Of a DNA stretch of 10,224 nucleotides, positions 1-6,054 are shown one piece after another. Source of the stretch: Candidatus Micrarchaeaceae archaeon (lineage in GTDB: Archaea; Micrarchaeota; Micrarchaeia; Micrarchaeales; Micrarchaeaceae); contig JBEKES010000032.1 of assembly GCA_050013715.1 (NCBI GenBank), forward strand, positions 1-10,224, in the 5' to 3' direction. The notes below the pieces were generated by a model. That model had not been told where the DNA came from. It did no database searches and saw nothing but the letters and a program-made list of their open reading frames with translations. Within the stretch, counting starts at the first letter, position 1; the number at the start of each line of letters is the position of its first letter. The position numbers and the translations under genes are program-made.

Positions 1-674
1 CAATCCTTTGCTTCATTGCTGATGGATGCGATGCTCCTGTGCCTACCTTCATAGGTCATTTTCTCGTATATCTCATCGCTTATTATGATTAACTTGTTGT
101 CCATGGCAATATTTGCCAATTCCCTAAGTATCTTTTCAGGGTAAACGGCACCAGTCGGATTATTGGGAGTATTTATTACGATGAGTTTTGTTTTTTTTGT
201 TATTTTATTGCATATGTCATCAACAATAGGTATGAATTTTTCATCAGTTTTCGTAAATACAGGCTTTCCTCCGCACAATTTTACTTGATAAGGGTATGTC
301 ACCCAATAAGGATTAGGTATTATTACCTCGTCGCCAGGATTTATTGTAGCAAGCATCGCATTGTAAAGAGAATGCTTTGCCCCGTTTGAGACGATTATTT
401 CCGATGCAGTGTAATCCAATCTGTTGTCCCTCTTCAATTTTTTAGCTATTGCTTCCCTTAGCTCAATTGTACCCATGACGTTTGTGTATTTGGTGAAATT
501 TTTCCTAACCGCTTCTATCGTCTCTTTTTTAACGTTATTAGGTGTATAAAGGTCTGGCTCGCCTACGCCGAAGTTTATTACATTGTAGCCCCTGGCCCTA
601 AGGCTCTTGGCCTTTGCATCCATTGCCAATGTTTCACTGGGAAGTATTGCCTGTGCAAGATAAGAGACTTTAAT
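1..674 (-). CDS. aspC: PLP-dependent aminotransferase class I/II (aspartate aminotransferase-like), 3' end outside window
   Basis: Manual minus-strand translation: (I/M)KVSYLAQAILPSETLAMDAKAKSLRARGYNVINFGVGEPDLYTP...KYTNVMGTIELREAIAKKL...IIVSNGAKHSLYNAMLATINPGDEVIIPNPYWVTY...INTPNNPTGAVY...ISDEIY. GEPD, NPNNPTG-like and DEIY motifs are diagnostic. The frame is bounded upstream by TGA (677-675). Start candidates are ATT 674, TTG 629 and ATG 623. Confidence 0.95.
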   Translation of the reverse strand, partial: MKVSYLAQAILPSETLAMDAKAKSLRARGYNVINFGVGEPDLYTPNNVKKETIEAVRKNFTKYTNVMGTIELREAIAKKLKRDNRLDYTASEIIVSNGAKHSLYNAMLATINPGDEVIIPNPYWVTYPYQVKLCGGKPVFTKTDEKFIPIVDDICNKITKKTKLIVINTPNNPTGAVYPEKILRELANIAMDNKLIIISDEIYEKMTYEGRHRSIASISNEAKD

Positions 675-863
675 TCACCCACCAATTATCAAGAGTAATA
701 AGCACAGCAAGATACTTTAAGTTTCTGTATTGGTTAATTGCTAATTTTCCATTTCAGTTTATTTCATGAAAATTATGTTCATTCGAGAAATCTTGCCATA
801 AAATAATTGGTTAAAGTAGCACATTATAAATCTATAATCGATAATAATTCCATAGGGGTATCG

Positions 864-977
864 ATGGCTACTACTGGAAGGATTCATAATGCTGTCCTTA
901 TGCCTGCTATTCCCATAGGACAAAACACGGATTCCCATGGCAAAACCAGCTCCAATGGCAATGCCTCTATATCATGA
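864..977 (+). CDS. Small 37-aa ORF (MATTGRIHNAVLMPAIPIGQNTDSHGKTSSNGNASIS). Possibly the 5' half of a TGA-interrupted 74-codon gene ending at 1088.
   Basis: TATA-like TTATAAAT at 824-831, SD-like AGGGGT at 854-859 and ATG at 864. The same frame stays open for 36 more codons after TGA 975-977. Confidence 0.45.
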   Translation: MATTGRIHNAVLMPAIPIGQNTDSHGKTSSNGNASIS

Positions 978-1072
978 AATAAAAATGGAGCAGAAAAAGA
1001 ATCCCATACTTTTCTGATCAATGCAGAATTATACGTCGTCAAAAAGAACCAATACCTCATCAAAAAGATACA

Positions 1073-1107
1073 TTTAAATATTACCTAAATCATAATAAAA
1101 TGGTGAT
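1073..1107 (+). promoter_or_regulatory. Archaeal TATA box (TTTAAATA 1073-1080) and SD motif (GGTGA 1102-1106) for the 342-aa gene
   Basis: Motifs read directly. Spacing fits a transcription start near 1103 and ATG at 1111. Confidence 0.6.
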
Positions 1108-1110
1108 AAT

Positions 1111-2139
1111 ATGAGTAATATGGCAACTAGAGAAAATGACTATAGAGATGATGCAAATGCTCCTGCAAGTAGGAGAAGTTCAAAGCTTAGAACCACATCT
1201 ATACTATTAGCAACTACTTTAGGAACTGCTTCAATTGCGTATATGGCACTTCATCGCGATAATAAAGTAAATAATGCTAATGCCGATTGTGCAACAAACA
1301 ATGCAGCTGTTCAAGATAAAGATTCCAAAGCTAAAGACAAGAAAAAAGAGAATAAACATACAAAATCAAATAAGGGCAATGGATCTGGTCAATCTAAATT
1401 GGAAAGAGAAATACAAGGAATTCAAGCCCAAATCACTGCATTAAATAACAACTTAGCAAGCCAAGCTGGCAATGCTCAGCAAACGCAAGAAGCACAGCAA
1501 CCGCCGCAAAATACTAATTACTCAAGCGACCCTGCAACTGCCATTGTGCAGCAACAGATGTATGCACAGCAGCCAATATATCTGCAGGGCTATGGCACGC
1601 TTCCATATTGTATAAATCCATGGGGCAACCTATCCTGGAATTGCTGGGGTCAATTTGGTCCAAACCTCTTCTTCGTATGGGCAAATGGAGGATTTGCCTA
1701 CCGCGGCGGATGGGGTGGCTTCGGACAAAGGTTTGGTTTCAGAAATTGGGGCAACGGCTACAATAACAACAATGGATCAAACGGAACTACTGGCAGCAAC
1801 AATAACCCAACAGGCAGACCAAATCCCGTAACTGGTCCAGGACCACATCCCACAAGACCTAAACCATGTGCAGAATGCAAAGGCACAAATAATCCTAAAC
1901 CTGTCGGGCCAAATGCAATAAATAATCCTCACAAACCAAATGTCGGGCCAAATGCCATAAATAATCCTAACCACAGCCATAGCGTTAATTCGTTGGCCAA
2001 TCTTCAAAGGGGTAGACAACCGCAGATGAACGGTAATTTCTCAATGCCTCATGTGCAGCAGATGCCTCAAATGAGGTCTCAGGGCAATCCTGGAGCAGGA
2101 CAGCATATGGGTTCCGGAGGCGGCGGAAGGAGAAGATAG
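1111..2139 (+). CDS. Hypothetical membrane-anchored protein: N-terminal hydrophobic helix, short coiled coil and long Q/N/G/P-rich low-complexity tail
   Basis: 342-aa ORF with SD and TATA. Hydrophobic segment at aa 31-47 (ILLATTLGTASIAYMAL) after basic residues. Heptad pattern L97-I101-I104-I108-L111-L115. Ends in GGGGRRR. Confidence 0.85.
   Translation: MSNMATRENDYRDDANAPASRRSSKLRTTSILLATTLGTASIAYMALHRDNKVNNANADCATNNAAVQDKDSKAKDKKKENKHTKSNKGNGSGQSKLEREIQGIQAQITALNNNLASQAGNAQQTQEAQQPPQNTNYSSDPATAIVQQQMYAQQPIYLQGYGTLPYCINPWGNLSWNCWGQFGPNLFFVWANGGFAYRGGWGGFGQRFGFRNWGNGYNNNNGSNGTTGSNNNPTGRPNPVTGPGPHPTRPKPCAECKGTNNPKPVGPNAINNPHKPNVGPNAINNPNHSHSVNSLANLQRGRQPQMNGNFSMPHVQQMPQMRSQGNPGAGQHMGSGGGGRRR
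1902..1968 (+). repeat. Intragenic direct repeat of 28 bp x2 (1902-1929 and 1941-1968), encoding VGPNAINNP twice
   Basis: tgtcgggccaaatgcAataaataatcct versus tgtcgggccaaatgcCataaataatcct: one synonymous mismatch, 39-bp period. Confidence 0.9.
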
Positions 2140-2199
2140 TTATAAAAACAAGCAACGCTACTAACTATTGCGGCCTTCAAGCTGCAATGGGCAAAGAGC

Positions 2200-2496
2200 A
2201 TGGCACTTGAGCTTTTCTTGATTTGGTATTTCATAATAGGGTCTCTTCTAGCCAATGGAGTGCCTCATTTCGTATTCGGTGCAGCTGGTAAAGTATTCAG
2301 AAGCCCGTTCGGCCAGAAGTCTAAGCCAAAGGTCAATATACTTTGGGGTTTATCTAATTTTATAATTGCAACAGTAATAGTTGCAGCACTGATAATGCTT
2401 AATTTGTATAGTATATTTGCATTTCCTGCAATGCTTCTAGGGTTCTGGCTCACAATGCTGATGTTTGGATTGAATATCAAGAAATTCATGAATTAG
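2200..2496 (+). CDS. Small conserved hypothetical membrane protein (about 3 TM helices)
   Basis: 98 aa, hydrophobic. The LANGVPHFV.G...F.SPF...VN.LWG..N pattern resembles a widespread uncharacterised prokaryotic membrane family (recognised from memory). Confidence 0.8.
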   Translation: MALELFLIWYFIIGSLLANGVPHFVFGAAGKVFRSPFGQKSKPKVNILWGLSNFIIATVIVAALIMLNLYSIFAFPAMLLGFWLTMLMFGLNIKKFMN

Positions 2497-2499
2497 CAA

Positions 2500-2913
2500 C
2501 TATTTCTTTTTAGAATAAGCTTCAAAATAGTGTACGCCGCGCAGAATGAATTGCTTGTCCATTCTCTTGGGCTCAAAATATTTTTTGGTAAATGCAATTG
2601 CCTTTTTCTGGCTGTACTTCTTGCAGCTGTATATGTCTATGCTTATGAAGTTCTTCTTCGATAATGTATGTATTACTATGGATGAATCTGCCAAAGGGAC
2701 CCATCCGCTAAGCCCTGCCTTGTCCGGAAATGATTTTCTGTCTGTTCTGAAGATAGATGGGGGAGACTGCTTTTTCATGCCTATGTAGTCAACCATGTTG
2801 TTCAAATAGCTGTAGCAATGCTCAAGCTCTCCGCAAACTTCTGGTTTGCACTCATAGCAGTCAAGAAGCAATTCATAGCCGAACACCTTGCCCTTTTTTG
2901 CTGGTTTTGCCAT
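2500..2913 (-). CDS. speD: S-adenosylmethionine decarboxylase-like proenzyme (pyruvoyl-dependent SpeD/SpeH class 1b fold), substrate uncertain
   Basis: FGYELLLDCYEC, GLSGWVPLADSSIVIHT and IDIYSCK align with the GxHLxxDxYxC, GxSGxxxxxESHxxxHT and DxFxC motifs. TATA TTTTAAAT at 2942-2935 implies a leaderless transcript. Confidence 0.85.
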   Translation of the reverse strand: MAKPAKKGKVFGYELLLDCYECKPEVCGELEHCYSYLNNMVDYIGMKKQSPPSIFRTDRKSFPDKAGLSGWVPLADSSIVIHTLSKKNFISIDIYSCKKYSQKKAIAFTKKYFEPKRMDKQFILRGVHYFEAYSKKK

Positions 2914-3030
2914 ATGCTAGAATAAGCAACTGGAATTTAAAATGATTATGTTTCATATTTTGCATACTGCATTGCAAATGCAATACAAAGAAATAAAGTT
3001 TTGAGTTCCAATAAGCTATTGGCGGTGAGC

Positions 3031-3438
3031 ATGAAGATAAAAAAGGGCTACAAAATAGATCTTGAAAAAGAGACCAAGAAAAACATTTATTTTAGAAGGG
3101 TATTATATACTGCAGAGCACAGCCAGCTTGTTCTCATGAGCCTTGGGCCAAAGGAAGAGATAGGCGCAGAGGTCCATAAGAAAATAGACCAATTCTTCAG
3201 GTTTGAGCAGGGCAAAGGGATTGTTGTTGTTAACAGTACAAAGCACACTGTCAAAGACGGAAGCGCTGTGATAGTGCCTGCAGGTTCAAGGCACAATGTA
3301 ATCAATACATCAACAACTCTTGCACTTAAATTCTATACGATATATTCTCCTCCGGACCACAAAGACAAGATAACGCATCGCACGAAAGCAGAGGCAATGG
3401 CGCACGACAAGGAATTTGATGGCATAACCACAGAATAA
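3031..3438 (+). CDS. Cupin domain protein (mannose-6-phosphate isomerase-like cupin_2)
   Basis: Cupin motifs GAEVH...DQFFRFEQG and VPAGSRHNVIN, plus FRRVLYT..HSQLVLM and YTIYSPP.H. Start moved to ATG 3031 because SD GGCGGTGA lies at 3021-3028. Confidence 0.92.
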   Translation: MKIKKGYKIDLEKETKKNIYFRRVLYTAEHSQLVLMSLGPKEEIGAEVHKKIDQFFRFEQGKGIVVVNSTKHTVKDGSAVIVPAGSRHNVINTSTTLALKFYTIYSPPDHKDKITHRTKAEAMAHDKEFDGITTE

Positions 3439-3475
3439 AAACACAATCCTCTTATAAATGTGCAAAATGATTCAG

Positions 3476-3548
3476 GGGGCTGTGAGCTAACCTGGCAGAC
3501 TACCAGATTCGGGTTCTGGTTATCCGGGTTCAAATCCCGGCAGCCCCT
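3476..3548 (+). tRNA. tRNA-Pro (anticodon CGG), intronless, CCA not encoded
   Basis: Acceptor stem GGGGCTG (3476-3482) / CAGCCCC (3541-3547). Anticodon stem CCAGA/TCTGG with loop TT-CGG-GT (anticodon 3510-3512, G37). T-arm CCGGG-TTCAAAT-CCCGG. D-loop GG present. Confidence 0.95.
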
Positions 3549-3565
3549 TATTATAAATTAGTATT

Positions 3566-3589
3566 AAAAAATAAAAAAAAGAAAAAGAA
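3566..3589 (-). terminator. Oligo(T) archaeal-type terminator for the YciI-like gene
   Basis: The minus strand reads TTCTTTTTCTTTTTTTTATTTTTT directly after the stop codon at 3592-3590. Confidence 0.6.
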
Positions 3590-3931
3590 TTACATTGGAA
3601 CTTCTACAATTTCCCTTATTGTTGTAGGGCCCATTCCTGTCTTTGCATGCGGAGAAGCCTTTGCTATTTTGACTGCCTCTGCCATGTTCTTTGCCTTTAC
3701 TATCATGTAGCCTCCTATATCTACTTTTTCTGCCTTGTAGTCTTTAGCTCCTGCCTTTGTAACTAATTTGCCTTTCCATTGCACTGGAGATGTGGATTCA
3801 ACAACTCCCTTCTTCATAAGCGGAGTTAGGTACTCTCTCCATGGCCTCATTCCGTCCTCCATTTGCTTTTTTGTTGGCTTCTTTGGCATTCTCATTTCCT
3901 TGTTGTACATTAACAATAGGTATTTTCCCAT
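3590..3931 (-). CDS. YciI-family (YCII/DGPF-like) protein
   Basis: N-terminal KYLLLMY strand, then W..Y...L...G and IGGYMIVKAKNMAEAVKIAKASP...IREI, typical of the family. The DGPF tetrapeptide itself is absent. Confidence 0.85.
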   Translation of the reverse strand: MGKYLLLMYNKEMRMPKKPTKKQMEDGMRPWREYLTPLMKKGVVESTSPVQWKGKLVTKAGAKDYKAEKVDIGGYMIVKAKNMAEAVKIAKASPHAKTGMGPTTIREIVEVPM

Positions 3932-3960
3932 GTGATCACTATCCTATTGGGAAGCTAAAC

Positions 3961-3969
3961 TATATATAT
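3961..3969. promoter_or_regulatory. Probable shared bidirectional TATA element (TATATATAT)
   Basis: Lies about 30 nt from the minus-strand ATG (3931) and about 32 nt from the plus-strand ATG (4001). Confidence 0.55.
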
Positions 3970-4000
3970 CTTGAATCTCCAATATTATTACGATGATAAA

Positions 4001-4327
4001 ATGGCAACAAGAACTGTCTCTCCAAAAAGAAATATAATCGTAGAAAGGGAAACTGCAGGCGAAGTCAGGAGCAGGGGAATGCTGAAGCGTGAAAAATTTA
4101 TAGATAAGAAAAAATATAAAAAACTTGTAGGCATGCTTCGTGAAATCTATAGTAACGGATCTGGTTTCCTAAGTGAACTTGGTGAACCTGATAAAATTGG
4201 AGGTGACAGATATAATTTGGACGGTGTGTTAGGTAAAGTAGGTAGGAGAGATTCTGTCACTGAAGATGCGTATGAAGATGTTTCTGAAATACATGAGAAA
4301 CTCTTTCCGCAAATTCGCAGGAAATGA
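4001..4327 (+). CDS. Hypothetical protein (108 aa, basic N-terminus, acidic C-terminal half)
   Basis: Open frame filling the gap between two recognised genes. ATG 4001 preferred over TTG 3971, which abuts the TATA element. No family recognised. Confidence 0.7.
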   Translation: MATRTVSPKRNIIVERETAGEVRSRGMLKREKFIDKKKYKKLVGMLREIYSNGSGFLSELGEPDKIGGDRYNLDGVLGKVGRRDSVTEDAYEDVSEIHEKLFPQIRRK

Positions 4328-4333
4328 ATTAAA

Positions 4334-4810
4334 TCACTTACCTTGCAGTTGCTCCACAAGCTTGTCTATCGATTGGTTCCATCCTATTTCCATGCCTTGC
4401 AATGCAAATTCTGACTTCGGGCCAGCCCTTATAACTAATATGTGCAATTTCATTTTCGTCTTGTTTCCTAGTTCTTCGAAATCAACTGTAACTTCTGTTT
4501 CTATCATAATATTTTTGACATCGTCCAATGCATTTGACCTAAATACTAATCTGGTTTCTGGTACTACTTCATTGAAAGTTCCTTCCATCGGCCATTCCTG
4601 ACCTTCAAAATTGCCCAATTCCTTGCCTGCAAGCATCACTATGTTGATTTTGCCCTGAGGCCTTGCGTCCCATTCGCAGGTTGGATTCGTAACTCCTCTC
4701 GGACCCCACCATTTCTTTAATATTGTTGGATCTGTCCATGCCTTCCACACAAGTGCGCGCGGTGCATCGAATGTGCGCGTTATTACTAATTCTTTTCTAT
4801 CGTTTGCCAT
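4334..4810 (-). CDS. SRPBCC / AHSA1-like (START-fold) ligand-binding protein
   Basis: ELVITRTFDAPRALVWKAWTDP..LKKWWGP, D.RP.G, GTF.EVVP..RLVF and GW.QSIDKL motifs. Start set to ATG 4810 (MANDRKE), overlapping the ArsR end by 14 nt. Confidence 0.93.
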   Translation of the reverse strand: MANDRKELVITRTFDAPRALVWKAWTDPTILKKWWGPRGVTNPTCEWDARPQGKINIVMLAGKELGNFEGQEWPMEGTFNEVVPETRLVFRSNALDDVKNIMIETEVTVDFEELGNKTKMKLHILVIRAGPKSEFALQGMEIGWNQSIDKLVEQLQGK

Positions 4811-5144
4811 ACATACTACCTTTTTTAATATGATTTTTCCTTTTCTCATCTTCCAGTATTTTGTCCAGCGCATCAAAGCGCTGATTCCAATGCTCTGTCA
4901 TTTTTCTGGTCCATTCCTCAAGCTCAAGCATGGAATCTGGATTGATTTGATAAATATGCTTCTGCGCGTGCTTTTCCATGATCACAAGCTTTGCCTCTTT
5001 TAGAATTGTCAAATGCTGCGATATTGCCTGTGCAGTAACGTCAAATTTTTTGTATATCTCTGTTGCTGACAACGCCCCACTGATAGCAAGCAATTCCATG
5101 ATTTTGCGCCTCCTCGGATCGGCAAGCGCATAGAAAATATCCAT
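4797..5144 (-). CDS. ArsR/SmtB-family transcriptional regulator (SRPBCC-associated type)
   Basis: IFYALADPRRRKIMELL, AISQHL.ILKEAKLV winged HTH and the C-terminal W..RFDALD helix. No metal-binding Cys. Confidence 0.93.
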   Translation of the reverse strand: MDIFYALADPRRRKIMELLAISGALSATEIYKKFDVTAQAISQHLTILKEAKLVIMEKHAQKHIYQINPDSMLELEEWTRKMTEHWNQRFDALDKILEDEKRKNHIKKGSMYGKR

Positions 5145-5151
5145 GTTTATA

Positions 5152-5186
5152 TTATAAAGTATTAGCTTTATAAAGCTATCACTTAA
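5152..5186. promoter_or_regulatory. ArsR promoter/operator: tandem inverted repeats overlapping the TATA box
   Basis: TTATAAAG-N6-CTTTATAA (5152-5173), perfect 16-bp palindrome TAGCTTTATAAAGCTA (5163-5178) and a second TAAAG-N6-CTTAA (5171-5186). Minus-strand TATA TTTATAAA (5174-5167) ends 23 nt before the ATG at 5144. Confidence 0.7.
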
Positions 5187-5265
5187 ATAATATTTAGTAA
5201 GCTAATCAGGAAGCTATAAATTTTTTGGCTTATAATGGATTAATACGGGTGATATGGGTTAGTAT

Positions 5266-6051
5266 ATGATAAATTTGCGCTCTGAAATAGAAGGTATACT
5301 ATCTTCCACTGAAGACGTAATAATGTGCCTTAAGCAAAGCCACATGTCATCAATAACTCCTTCCTTTATCGTTATAACCGATGCAAATATCATAACTGTG
5401 CGTTTCTCATTCTGGTATTATTATTCAGGCATAAGGTTGTTTTCATCTACCTACAAGAATATTGTTCCCTATCGCTGCGTTACCGCCGCAACAATAAGGA
5501 AAGGCAACATGCTCTCAACTCTTGAAATAAAAACAAAGGACATAAAGCACTCTGAGCGAAAAGGCGTGGAAAACAGCGTCATAGTGGACGGGCTTTTTAC
5601 AGAGCAAGCTGAAAAGCTTGCAAAGATAATAGATCTTCTTATAGTTGCTTATCAGTTTCCTCCTCCTGTGAAAGATCCTGAAAAAATTAGCGTGCAGAAA
5701 GCAGTAGAAATATGCAAGGAAAACAAGAAGAAAATTGTCTGGCTTGGATTTGAAGAGGAAAGCAGCGTTGCTGCAATGCTGTCAATTCCTGATAATATGA
5801 TAGAAAGAGTTACATTATCTGCGCTCCTCGATATGTCTACGCAGGAACTCTCCAGATTCCAGAACCGGATATTATTGGGCTATACAACCAACAGCAGCAA
5901 TGTCATTGCGAAAGTTCTTCAATTGGAGGCGCAGCTCAACTGCACTGTCATAGATGGAGGATTCATAAACAACATAATTTCCGGTAAAACATTTGTAAGG
6001 CGCAGCATGCCAATCGATATGCGCCACGCAAAACTTAACCCTGTTCCATAA
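5266..6051 (+). CDS. Bacterial-type PH domain protein fused to a degenerate rhodanese-like domain
   Basis: aa 1-128: E.V....KQS......P..I.IT...II...PY..VT...I.KG..LSTL.I...I.GL..E.A..L. aa 140-235: ISVQKA...ILLGYTTNSS...A..L...VIDGGF. Both assignments come from motif recall. Confidence 0.6.
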   Translation: MINLRSEIEGILSSTEDVIMCLKQSHMSSITPSFIVITDANIITVRFSFWYYYSGIRLFSSTYKNIVPYRCVTAATIRKGNMLSTLEIKTKDIKHSERKGVENSVIVDGLFTEQAEKLAKIIDLLIVAYQFPPPVKDPEKISVQKAVEICKENKKKIVWLGFEEESSVAAMLSIPDNMIERVTLSALLDMSTQELSRFQNRILLGYTTNSSNVIAKVLQLEAQLNCTVIDGGFINNIISGKTFVRRSMPIDMRHAKLNPVP

Positions 6052-6054
6052 ATA

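Noticed and set aside
975..977. Selenocysteine or genome-wide TGA recoding
   Set aside because: No redox-motif context or SECIS-like hairpin is visible, and TGA ends the SRPBCC gene at its expected C-terminus.
1168..1190. Twin-arginine (Tat) signal in SRRSSKL
   Set aside because: Lacks the hydrophobic F-L positions of the S/T-R-R-x-F-L-K consensus and is better read as the positive-inside flank of a TM helix.
1902..1968. Direct repeat as a mini-CRISPR array
   Set aside because: Only two copies with an 11-bp spacer, in-frame within a CDS, differing by a synonymous change, and no cas genes nearby.
3476..3548. tRNA as an integration site for a mobile element
   Set aside because: I found no duplicate of the tRNA 3' end and no integrase or transposase in the window.
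5254..5262. Minimal upstream ORF ATG-GGT-TAG in frame with the PH-domain gene
   Set aside because: The ATG is only 1 nt from the GGTGA motif and nothing else supports a regulatory role. It could easily be chance.
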